Source of the DNA: Mycolicibacterium smegmatis | GTDB lineage: Bacteria; Actinomycetota; Actinomycetes; Mycobacteriales; Mycobacteriaceae | NCBI RefSeq assembly: GCF_001457595.1 | Contig: NZ_LN831039.1 | Span: 420,001-452,000, forward strand | Length of the DNA: 32,000 bases | Direction: 5' to 3' | Shown: positions 1 through 8,900 of the stretch, in pieces | How the letters are laid out: every line of letters starts with the position of its first letter | Position numbering within the stretch: the first letter of the stretch is position 1 | The notes under the pieces: generated by a model | The model's database searches: none | Told to the model about the DNA's origin: nothing | Seen by the model: the letters and a program-made list of their open reading frames with translations, nothing else | Made by a program: the position numbers and the translations under genes

Positions 1-2
1 TC

Positions 3-461
3 GACGACCCGGAACGGGATGTCCACGTCCGGATCGGCGATCAGACCGACACGAGCTTCCTCAGCAGCGTCGACGACGAGTTCGGGCCGTTCGACGTGAT
101 CCTCGACGACGGTGGCCATACGCCCAACCAGATGATCTCTTCGTTCCAGTTCCTGTTCCCGAGACTGAAGCCGGGCGGCGTGTACCTTGTGGAGGACGTG
201 TGCGCGAACTACTGGATGGGTTATCGCGATCGTCCCGACACGTTCATCGACTTCACGAAAACGCTCATGGATGCCATACACGCGCCATACATGGCGCTGC
301 GCTCACCATTCGACTTCATGGAGGAGCATCCAGATCGCGTCGACCACGTGCAGGTTCCGTTCGCGGCGACGATTGTCGACAGCATCCAGGTGTTCGACTC
401 GGTGGTTGTCGTCCATCGGTCGAAGGAGCCGAAGCCGTTGCCGCGGACGGTGTATCGGTAG
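3..461 (+). CDS. SAM-dependent sugar O-methyltransferase (MycE-like / GPL rhamnosyl O-methyltransferase type), 3' part only, truncated by the window start
   Basis: The frame is open from nt 3 (DDPERDVHVRIGDQTDTSFLSSVDDEFGPFDVILDDGGHTPNQMISSFQFLFPRLKPGGVYLVEDVCANYW...). The DDGGH...LFPRLKPGGVYLVED block is typical of macrolide/GPL sugar O-methyltransferases. Stop at 459-461. Confidence 0.82.
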   Translation, partial: DDPERDVHVRIGDQTDTSFLSSVDDEFGPFDVILDDGGHTPNQMISSFQFLFPRLKPGGVYLVEDVCANYWMGYRDRPDTFIDFTKTLMDAIHAPYMALRSPFDFMEEHPDRVDHVQVPFAATIVDSIQVFDSVVVVHRSKEPKPLPRTVYR

Positions 462-687
462 ACCCGACAACCTTCGGGTTTGCCGAGCTGGTCCTCGTTG
501 TCCATTGAGCGTCGTCGGCGGATTCTTTGTCCGATCGCTGCGTTAGCTTGTCGGGTGTGCGTGTGGGAGTGTACTGCCCGAATTGCCGTGGCGGCAAGAG
601 CAATCGGACTGGGCCAGGGAGTGCCGTGCGGTGAAGTTGCTGCAGCATCGGCGTTGTCTCCACGGCGAAGCGATGTGCCGCGGTGTT

Positions 688-1488
688 ATGGTTGCCGCCG
701 TGCCGACTCGATTGTCGTTTCCCGCCCGTCTGAAGATGTTGGCCGTACGTGGCGAATATTGGCTCGCGCGCACCATTTTGCGGGACGTGTATTCGAACGA
801 TGCGTTGATCACGTTCAATACGCATGCGTTCATGGAAGATCCGGATTTCCAGCGCGCGTACGAGCGCGGTGCGAAGGCACTCGGCGACATGGACTGGTAT
901 CAGTGGCACTGGCGCGTGCACGTGGGGCTGTGGGCGGCAGCGAGTGCGAGCAAACTCGAGGGTGACTTCGTCGAATGTGGCGTCAGCTATGGCTTTCTGA
1001 GCAGCGCCATCATGGAGTACCTCGACTGGAACAGTCTCGAAAAGACGTTCTATCTTCTCGACACCTTCACCGGGTTGGATCCGCGGTACGTATCAGCGGT
1101 CGAGCGCGAATCGGGTGCCCTTGAGACGAGCGAGGCGCACCTGCGTGACGGTCTATATGTCGATTCCGTCGACAGCGTCCGCGCCAACTTCTCGGAATGG
1201 AAAAACCATCGGATCATCGTCGGTGCTGTCCCCGACACGCTCGATCAGGTCGATGCCGAAAAAGTGGCGTACCTGCACATCGACATGAACTGCGCGCCTC
1301 CTGAGGTCGCCGCGCTGCGCTACTTCTGGCCCCGCCTGACGCCCGGCGCGTTCGTCCTCCTGGACGACTACGCCAACAGGGGCCGTGAGGAGCAGCGCAT
1401 CGCCATGGACGAGGTCGCGAAAGAACTCGGCGTGATGGTCTGCACCCTGCCCACGGGGCAGGGGCTGATCATCAAACCGGCAGCCTGA
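688..1488 (+). CDS. TylF/MycF-like sugar O-methyltransferase, probably GPL O-methylation
   Basis: The ORF is open from 583. Clear homology-like content starts near MLAVRGEYWLARTILRDVYSNDALITFNTHAF. Motifs: GDFVECGVSYGFLSSAIMEYL, TFYLLDTFTGLD, VAYLHIDMNCAPPEVAALRYFWPRLTPGAFVLLDDYA. The start is ambiguous between 583, 688 and 736. Confidence 0.85.
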   Translation: MVAAVPTRLSFPARLKMLAVRGEYWLARTILRDVYSNDALITFNTHAFMEDPDFQRAYERGAKALGDMDWYQWHWRVHVGLWAAASASKLEGDFVECGVSYGFLSSAIMEYLDWNSLEKTFYLLDTFTGLDPRYVSAVERESGALETSEAHLRDGLYVDSVDSVRANFSEWKNHRIIVGAVPDTLDQVDAEKVAYLHIDMNCAPPEVAALRYFWPRLTPGAFVLLDDYANRGREEQRIAMDEVAKELGVMVCTLPTGQGLIIKPAA

Positions 1489-1507
1489 CCGTCGGCACCG
1501 CGGGCCC

Positions 1508-2731
1508 TCAGACGATGTGAACCTGGGGTACGTAGACGATCCAGCGGCCGCCCTTCTCCTGGAAGAGTCGCTCCTTGCCCATGATCTCCTCTGCGTGATT
1601 CCACGCGAACAGCAACGCGTAGTCCGGGTACGGGTCGGCGAACGCATCGGGCGGGCAGACCGGGATCAGCGACATCGGCGTCACCCGCCCCTGTTTTTCC
1701 GGTGTCGAGTCGCAGACCATCGGCAGTAGGTCGGGGCCGATACCGCAGTAGTTGAGCACGGTGGCGCTCCTCGACGTCGCGCCGTAGCCGACAACGCGTT
1801 TACTGTCGGAGCGGAGTTTCTCCAGTAGGGATACCAGGTCTGTCTTGATGCGGCCGACCTCACCGGCGAACCGTTCGAACGCTTCCTCCCCGGCCAGTCC
1901 TTCGGCTTGTTCCTTCGCGAGAAGTTCTGACACCGCGGCGCTCGGCACCCTCGTCCCTCGCCGTGCCACGGTGTATCGGATCGAACCGCCGTGGAGCGGC
2001 AGATGTTTGGCGTCGACGAGTTCGAAGCCGAAATGCTCGGCCATGGCCTTCACCGAGGTCACCGAGAAAAGGTAGATGTGTTCGTCGTAGATCTGGTCGA
2101 AGTAGTTGTGCCGGATTATGTCGGCCAGGGAACGGTCTTCGAAGACGAACGAACCATCGGGGCGCAGCAGGGTGTCGACGCCTTTGAAGATCGTCGCCAG
2201 ATCCGAGATATGACTGAATGTGTTCGCCGAGAAGATGATGTTCGCAGGCCCCTGCTCGGCGTAGATCTCCTCCGCAGTGGATGCATTGAAGAAATCGGTG
2301 CGGACATTGATGCCGTGTGAACGTGCGACCTCACCCGCACTCGCAGCCGGATCGACACCGAGGTGCCGCACGCCCGCGGCGCTCAACGTCTTCAGCATGA
2401 CGCCGTCGTTGCTTCCGATCTCGACGATGAAGGTGTTCTGGAGGTCCGCGCATGTGTCTATGATCTGACGCGCGACCTCTTCGAAGTGCTTGCGGATCAT
2501 CATGGAGCCCGACGCGCGGTAGGGATAATCGGCCCGGTACATGTCGTTCGGCGGTACGGTCTCAAGTTGCTGCACCATGGTGCACGTCTCGCAGGAACCG
2601 ATTGCGAGTCGGAAGACAGGCACGTTACCGGCGTCTTCTCGCTTGACGAACGCGTTCGAGACAGGTTGTCGGCCGAGATCGAGCACCTGGCGTAGAACAC
2701 CGCCGCAAATACGACACCTGTAGTCGGTCAC
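1508..2731 (-). CDS. NDP-hexose C-methyltransferase-like protein (TylCIII/NovU-type architecture: N-terminal zinc motif, SAM domain, C-terminal cap)
   Basis: N-terminal Cys cluster MTDYRCRICGGVLRQVLDLGRQPVSNAF...CETCTMVQ, SAM motif FIVEIGSNDGVMLKTL, then HIYLFSVTSVKAMAEHFGFELVDAKHLPLHGGSIRYTVAR and a C-terminal RVVGYGATSRSATVLNYCGIG domain. Confidence 0.8.
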   Translation of the reverse strand: MTDYRCRICGGVLRQVLDLGRQPVSNAFVKREDAGNVPVFRLAIGSCETCTMVQQLETVPPNDMYRADYPYRASGSMMIRKHFEEVARQIIDTCADLQNTFIVEIGSNDGVMLKTLSAAGVRHLGVDPAASAGEVARSHGINVRTDFFNASTAEEIYAEQGPANIIFSANTFSHISDLATIFKGVDTLLRPDGSFVFEDRSLADIIRHNYFDQIYDEHIYLFSVTSVKAMAEHFGFELVDAKHLPLHGGSIRYTVARRGTRVPSAAVSELLAKEQAEGLAGEEAFERFAGEVGRIKTDLVSLLEKLRSDSKRVVGYGATSRSATVLNYCGIGPDLLPMVCDSTPEKQGRVTPMSLIPVCPPDAFADPYPDYALLFAWNHAEEIMGKERLFQEKGGRWIVYVPQVHIV

Positions 2732-2877
2732 GCTGCCCCCTGTTATTCGGATGTCGGATCACCTGCCGACCCGCACAGCAGGCTCACCATTGCCGAAAGC
2801 CTATTGCTTTCTGGTACGACCTTCCTGCTTTTCGTGCAGAGGAGCGGAATTGCCGGGTGCCGGCACCGGCCGCGCAA

Positions 2878-4131
2878 TCACCGGCTCGATTTTTCCGCGG
2901 TTGCCTCGAAGAGATCGGCGGCCGTTCGCACGCTTGCGTCCGCCTGTGTCATTTGCGCGGCGACGGCTCGGGCGCGTATCAGGCATTCCTCGGCAAGGAC
3001 CTTGTGCAGGTCGGAGACCAAGGTCTTCGTGGTGGTGCTCGAGAATCTCCGCGCGGTGCCCACCTTCAAACGCTTGAGTTGATTACCCCAGTAAGGCTGG
3101 TCGGCTGAACTCCACAAGATCAACGTCGGTACCGCGGCGCGCAGGCTGGCCGCGGTGGTGCCGGACCCCCCGTGGTGGACCACAGCGCGGCAGGCAGGGA
3201 AGATCTCGGCGTAGTTGACCGCTCCGACAACCTTCACGTGCTGGGGGACGCGCACGCCCGTGAAGTCGGTCCCTCCGGCACAGAGCAGTGCTCGCTGACC
3301 CAGTTCGGCACACGCGGCACCGATCATCGCCAACGTGTCTGCCGGTGACGCCAGTGGAATGCTGCCCGTCGCGAAACAGATGGGAGCTGAGCCTGCTTCG
3401 ATCCATGCGGTGACCTCGGAGTCGTCCGCTGTCGGCAACCCCATGGTCAATGCACCCGTGAAGGGACGCTGAGCGCCCCACCGGGCCCATTCGGAAGCGA
3501 GGCCGGGGACAGACACCGCGTCATAGGCCTGGATCTCAAGCCACCCGTGTTCGGCGATGCGGCGTGACGCCGGGGCCGTTGCTTTCGGAAGACCGAGTTC
3601 GCGTCGCTGCATGTCTTCCACCTTTCGCGTCGACCGCCAGAGCAACCAGTCGGTCAACGTCCCACCAGAGCGCACCACGGCCGCAGGTAGCGCCGGGATC
3701 AACTTGCCGTTCGGGCGCATCGGGAAGTGGTGCAACCCGACGAGCGGAATTTTGTAGTACTCCGCGACGTTGGCGGCGGGCTGTTCGAAGTTCAGCCCTG
3801 TCGACAGCAGATCGGCGCCGTCAGCGACAGTGAAAAGGGTTTCGGCGGTGTCGGGCCAGTAGCGAGCGATCGGCGCCCACAGTTCGCGCAGCGTTCCGAC
3901 GGGATTCCGGATCACCCGGTTCCAGAATTCGCGAAGAAAGTCTTCTCGGAGAAAGTCCTCCAGCGGAGGCCCGTACGTAAGGGCTTCGAGACCCGCTTCC
4001 TTTGCAAAACCGACCAGCTCCGGCGGCACAGCCATGCGAACGCCATGACCGCGGTCCTGTAGCTCGCGCCCTATGGCGACAGACGGCTCTACGTCGCCCC
4101 GGGTTCCGTAGCATGCCAGCGCAAACTTCAT
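2878..4131 (-). CDS. GT1-family glycosyltransferase of the GPL type (Gtf/RtfA-like)
   Basis: N-terminal MKFALACYGTRGDVEPSVAIGRELQDRGHGVRMAVPPE and C-terminal NYAEIFPACRAVVHHGGSGTTAASLRAAVPTLILWSSADQPYWGNQLKRLKVG are the UGT/GT1 signature. ATG start at 4131 with an upstream purine-rich segment. Which GPL Gtf it is cannot be decided from this sequence alone. Confidence 0.9.
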   Translation of the reverse strand: MKFALACYGTRGDVEPSVAIGRELQDRGHGVRMAVPPELVGFAKEAGLEALTYGPPLEDFLREDFLREFWNRVIRNPVGTLRELWAPIARYWPDTAETLFTVADGADLLSTGLNFEQPAANVAEYYKIPLVGLHHFPMRPNGKLIPALPAAVVRSGGTLTDWLLWRSTRKVEDMQRRELGLPKATAPASRRIAEHGWLEIQAYDAVSVPGLASEWARWGAQRPFTGALTMGLPTADDSEVTAWIEAGSAPICFATGSIPLASPADTLAMIGAACAELGQRALLCAGGTDFTGVRVPQHVKVVGAVNYAEIFPACRAVVHHGGSGTTAASLRAAVPTLILWSSADQPYWGNQLKRLKVGTARRFSSTTTKTLVSDLHKVLAEECLIRARAVAAQMTQADASVRTAADLFEATAEKSSR

Positions 4132-4329
4132 GTCGGAAGAGCCTCTCGGTTTTGTCTGTGGGTGGGATTATCGCCTACTCGAACGTGGAGACGGCCCTCG
4201 CGAGTACAGCGATCTGGGTTCTCGAGAGGCTGCCGAACGAGACTATCTGTGGGGCAGTTGGATTGACGGGCAGCTGTTGATGGGCATTCGGCAGCGGCGC
4301 TTCATCTCGCCACGCGTATAGTCGTCGGC

Positions 4330-4584
4330 ATGAACCTGGTTCGGTCGATCGAACGCGGCTTGGACTGGCTTGCGGAGCCCAAGCGGTTGCCGGGTCGGCT
4401 GGAGATGGAGACCCAGCGCGGTAAGCGGCTCGAGCTGGAAGTGGTGTCCTTCGCAGTCCGTATGCCCATCGCGGGAGGAACGGTGGTGCGTGTGCCGCTG
4501 TTCTTCATGCTCATGCCGCGTGGTTCCTCTCCGATCGAAGGGACGCATATCAACGCCGACGAAGGTCCTGACGACAGGCAATAG
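4330..4584 (+). CDS. Candidate small ORF (84 aa), hypothetical, possibly leaderless
   Basis: MNLVRSIERGLDWLAEPKRLPGRLEMETQRGKRLELEVVSFAVRMPIAGGTVVRVPLFFMLMPRG.... TATAGT at 4317-4322 ends 7 nt before the ATG, the geometry of a leaderless promoter. No family recognised. Confidence 0.35.
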   Translation: MNLVRSIERGLDWLAEPKRLPGRLEMETQRGKRLELEVVSFAVRMPIAGGTVVRVPLFFMLMPRGSSPIEGTHINADEGPDDRQ

Positions 4585-4646
4585 TCTCTCGTGGTGGGAC
4601 TTTCGGTTTCGGCAAATTCGAACTTTTTCTTTTGACCGATTCACGC

Positions 4647-4689
4647 GATCTTTTGGCAAAAATATCGCGCGCGAAAATCCAAAAAGATC
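4647..4689. repeat. Nested inverted repeat in an AT-rich tract (possible operator or terminator)
   Basis: GATCTTTTGG (4647-4656) against CCAAAAAGATC (4679-4689), complementary with a single bulge, around a perfect 10-nt palindrome TCGCGCGCGA (4665-4674). Confidence 0.5.
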
Positions 4690-5602
4690 GGCTTTTGAAT
4701 AGTTATACCGCCAGGCCGAGTGACCCGCGGACACACTCCCTCGCGCGGCGAACCGGGCGGCACACGCCTGCCGTCGACTTTGCCGGTCCTGTTCAGAGCG
4801 CGCTTGCGACGACGATCGTCGCAGCGTATGAGGGGTCAATCGGTGCGCCGCCAAGTAGAGGTGATCGGCCTCACGTCGCTGCGATGGAGTGTCGGAAGCG
4901 GACGTTTCATCGGCTCACCGAAGCTTGCTGAGGCGCCTGGCGTCGCTGCGAAAAGCGCGGTGGTCTTCCCGCACGCCGTCGGTAGGTCGGCCCCCGGCGG
5001 CGGACTGTGCAATATTGCGTCTTGAACCGCGCTGAACTGCACAAACGTCCGAACTTCGGGACTTGATGAGGTGGTGACGACGCCGATTCGCGTACTCGGT
5101 AGCGAGTGACTGATGCGCAGATGTTGCCCAAGCCGCGCAAGAGTGTCGTGTCAGGGTCTGATATGTGAATGTTCATTCCGACCTGTCCGCTGTCTGAGCA
5201 CATTTTCGCAACGCATAGTGCTGGACGAAGTATCACGATGAGCAGTTGATAACGGGATCACGCGTCGATATGGCAACTTGTTGAAACTTCACCGAAAAGG
5301 ACGAATCGCGCGCAAGGGACTGCTGACAACCGATGTTGTGTTTGACTTCGATAGTTTGCTGAAATCTGCACGAGTCAGGGGTGTACCCAAACTCCTCACG
5401 GGCAGCTCAGTGACGCCACACAAGTCTCACAGAGATGCAATTTTCGCAATTGATTAGAAAGCCAATGCACTAGGCCTGAACAGGTGAAACTCTGTAGGTA
5501 AATGTCCTCGGCTAATGTTCTATGACGATCTTGAAGGTCGCTGGCGGGTCGCTGACATCCGCTTCTTCGGGAAAAGGGTTATCCCGGCGATGCGACCTAC
5601 CG

Positions 5603-5624
5603 TATGTTTGCGTTATGTTTGCGA
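5603..5624 (+). repeat. Tandem 11-bp direct repeat TATGTTTGCG(T/A) just upstream of mbtH
   Basis: TATGTTTGCGT (5603-5613) followed directly by TATGTTTGCGA (5614-5624), 25 nt before the GTG start at 5650. Confidence 0.6.
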
Positions 5625-5649
5625 TGTCCGCTGAACAGCCGGGAGAAAC

Positions 5650-5880
5650 GTGAGCATCAACCCGTTCGATGACGACAACGGCAGCTTTTTCGTCTTGATC
5701 AACGACGAAGAGCAGCACAGCCTGTGGCCCAGCTTTGCCGACGTGCCTGCTGGGTGGCGGGTGGTTTTCGGTGAAGCAAGCCGTGCTGAGTGCCTGGAGT
5801 TTATTGAACAGAATTGGACCGATATCCGACCGAAGAGCCTGCGCGAGAGGTTGGCGCAGGGCGGGGCTCTTGACGGCTGA
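5650..5880 (+). CDS. mbtH: MbtH-like protein, NRPS adenylation-domain partner
   Basis: [68 protein letters not shown] is the canonical MbtH fold signature. GTG start with GGGAG upstream; 29 nt before the NRPS start. Confidence 0.97.
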   Translation: MSINPFDDDNGSFFVLINDEEQHSLWPSFADVPAGWRVVFGEASRAECLEFIEQNWTDIRPKSLRERLAQGGALDG

Positions 5881-5909
5881 GTCAAATAAGTCTGTTGGGA
5901 AGCTGAATA

Positions 5910-8900
5910 ATGGAACCTGTCGACGGGGCACTACCACTGTCGCGCGGGCAGTTGGATATCTGGCTTTCGCAAGAAAGCGGACTGGCCGGCGCCGAGTGGC
6001 AGCTGGGCCTTTTGGGCAAGATCGACGGCGTCGTCGATCACGGACTCCTGCAACAGGCGATCCGTCAAGCTCTGCAAGAGGCCGAACCGGCGCGCGCCAC
6101 ATTCTTCGAAGCTGACGGCCAGGTCTTTCAGAAGCCGCTCGATTACTCGGATCTCGACGTCCCGCTGTACGACGTGCGGGACGCCGACGATCCTGAGGCG
6201 AAAGCCCGTGAAATGGCGGCAGAGATCCAGCACACCCCGCTGCCGCTCACCGGTCGGCTGGTGAAGTTCGCGCTGTTCCAGACGCGTGCCGAACAGTTCT
6301 ACCTGTTCGGGCTCGGCCACCACATCTCTGTGGACGGACTCGGCATGGCCCTGGTCAGCCGCCGTATCTCGACCATCTACTCGTCGCTGGTCGCCGGTAA
6401 ACCGGTGCCGGACGCATACTTTGGTTCGTTGCGGGATCTCGTCGAGTGCGAGATGTCGTACGAGGCGTCCGCGGACTACCAGGACGACCTGGCGTACTGG
6501 AGCGAAAACCTGCCCCCGGACACCGGTCTGGACCAAGGTCTCGCCCCCACGTCGCACGGGAAGAACGCTTATACGCCCTCGGCGTCGGTGCCCATCGATC
6601 CGTCCGTCGTCGGCAAAATCAAGGTGCTCTCGAAAAACCTTCGTATCAGGCGTTATTCCGTCACCACCGCGGCCTGTGCACTCCTGGCGCAATCCTGGTC
6701 GGCCACCGGTGACCAGGTGGCGCTCGATTTCCCGGTCAGTCGGCGCGTGACACCGGAGTCGAAGACTCTGCCCGCCATGCTGGCGGGAGTCGCTCCGTTG
6801 GTGCTGGACGCGCCGCCGAATGTGACCGTCGGCGAGTTCTGCAAGCAGGTCGATGCCCGGATCAGGGAACTGCTTGCACATCAGCGCTTCCCGGTCCACC
6901 GCTTGGGTGACGGCGGCGCGCGTCAGACATCGAACCGGTTGGCGGTCAACTTCATCCCATCGCGCCTCACCTTGGACTTTGCGGGTGCGGAAGCGACCGC
7001 GTCCTACACCAACCACGGGCCGATGGGCCACTTCGGGCTGTTCTTCATCGGAGCCGGTGACGAACTCTTCCTGAGTACCGCCGGCGCGGGCCGGCCGTTC
7101 GCCGATTTCGAGGTGGCTGACCTCGCCGACCACATCCAGCAGGTCGTGATGGCGATGGCGGCCGATCCGGACCGCCCGCTGTCGTCGATCGACACCGTGG
7201 CGGCGGTCGAGCACACCGAGGTCGAGGACTTCGGTCACCAGACAGTCCTCACCGAGCACCCGGACGCGATCACCATCCTCGAGTTGTTCGGCAAGCACAT
7301 GTCGAATGCGCCCGATGCGCCTGCCATGACCTACCAAGACCGGACGATGACGTTCCGCGAGCTCGACGAGGCCGCCAACCGGTTCGCGCACCTGCTGATC
7401 GCCCACGGTGCCCGTCCGGGCGAGCGCGTGGCGCTTCTGTCACCGCGGACCGACCGCGCGGTGATCGCGATCTTGGCGGTGCTCAAGACCGGGGCGGCAT
7501 ACGTGCCGATCGACCCTGTGGTGCCGGCGTCGCGCATCGACTTCATCCTCGGCGACTCGACCCCCATCGCGGCGATCACCACCGCGGAACTGCGGTCTCG
7601 GCTCGTCGATCACGACCTCACCGTGATCGACATCGACGATCCGGCCATCGCGGGGCAGCCGGGCACCCCGCCGGCGGGGCCGGTGCCGGATGACATGGCT
7701 TACATCATCTACACCTCGGGCACCACCGGGACGCCCAAGGGCGTGGCCGTGAGCCATCACAACGTGACCCGCCTGATGGCCGCTCTGGAGTCCGGTCTGC
7801 CGCATCCGGGCACCTGGCCCCTGTGCCACTCGTTGGCCTTCGACGCGTCGGTCTGGGAGATCGGCAATGCCCTGTTGCGCGGCGGGCGACTCGTGGTGGT
7901 TCCCGAGTCGGTGACGGCCTCGCCCGAGGAGTTCCACGACCTACTGGTGCGCGAGAAGATCGACGCGTTCACACAGACTCCGTCCGCAGTGGCGATGCTG
8001 TCCTCCGAGGGACTCGACGGCACGACGCTCGTCGTGGTCGGCGAGGCATGCCCGCCGGCCGTGGTGGACAAGTGGGCCCCTGGGCGCGCGATGGTCAACG
8101 GGTACGGGCCTACCGAGACCACGATCTGCGTGACCACCAGCGCGCCGCTGCAGCCGGGTTCGGTCGTGCCGATCGGTTATCCGCTGCCGGGAGCCGGTCT
8201 GTTCGTCCTGGACGCCTGGATGCGCCCGGTTCCCAAGGGTGTCGCCGGCGAGCTGTACGTGGCGGGAGACGGCGTCACCTACGGGTACATCGGTCGCTCA
8301 GGTCTCACGGCGTCCCGCTTCGTCGCGTGCCCCTTCGGTGAGCCGGGCAAGCGGATGTACCGCACCGGTGATCTGGTGCGGTGGTGCGAAGACGGTCAGC
8401 TGGAGTATCTGGGCCGCGCCGACGAGCAGGTCAAGATCCGCGGGTTCCGCATCGAGCTCGGCGAGGTACAGGCGGCCCTCGCCGACCTCGACGGCGTCGA
8501 AAGCGCCGCGGTGATCGCACGCGAAGACCGCCCAGGTGACAAACGTCTGGTCGGTTACATCACCGGAACCGCGGATCCCGCGGAACTTCGCACGCAACTG
8601 GGTGACCGGCTGCCGCCGTACATGGTGCCGGTCGCCATCGTGGTGCTGGACGCACTCCCGCTGACGCCGAACAACAAGCTCGACACGCGCGCGCTGCCCG
8701 CGCCCGAGTACGTCAGCTCGGGAGGGCACTACCGTGCCCCGTCCAACCCGGTCGAAGAGGTCCTCGCCGACATCTTCGCGCAGGTGCTGGGCGTGGAGCG
8801 GGTCGGCGTGGACGATTCGTTCTTCGATCTCGGTGGCGACAGCATTCTGTCGATGCAGGTCGTTGCGCGTGCCCGCGCCGCGGGCATCCAGTGCCGCCCT

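Larger units (their letters stand above)
4132..5649. promoter_or_regulatory. Long divergent intergenic region upstream of mbtH-mps1-mps2, the presumed control region of the NRPS operon
   Basis: About 1.5 kb between two divergent biosynthetic genes with no strong coding signal. It is visibly AT-richer than its surroundings (5221-5280 is 30/60 GC by hand count). It contains palindromic and tandem-repeat elements reported separately. Confidence 0.6.

Noticed and set aside
2852-2867. GCCGGGTGCCGGCACC palindrome just past the gtf stop
   Set aside because: Short, loopless or 3-nt-loop options only, and common in high-GC sequence; weak evidence for a terminator.
4130-4321. 63-aa plus-strand ORF upstream of the candidate leaderless ORF
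   Set aside because: No RBS or motif; it overlaps the gtf start codon and probably its promoter.
5246-5273. TTGATA ... GATATG as an mps promoter
   Set aside because: Spacing is 15 nt with a weak -10, one of several equally weak matches in this AT-rich stretch; not enough to call.
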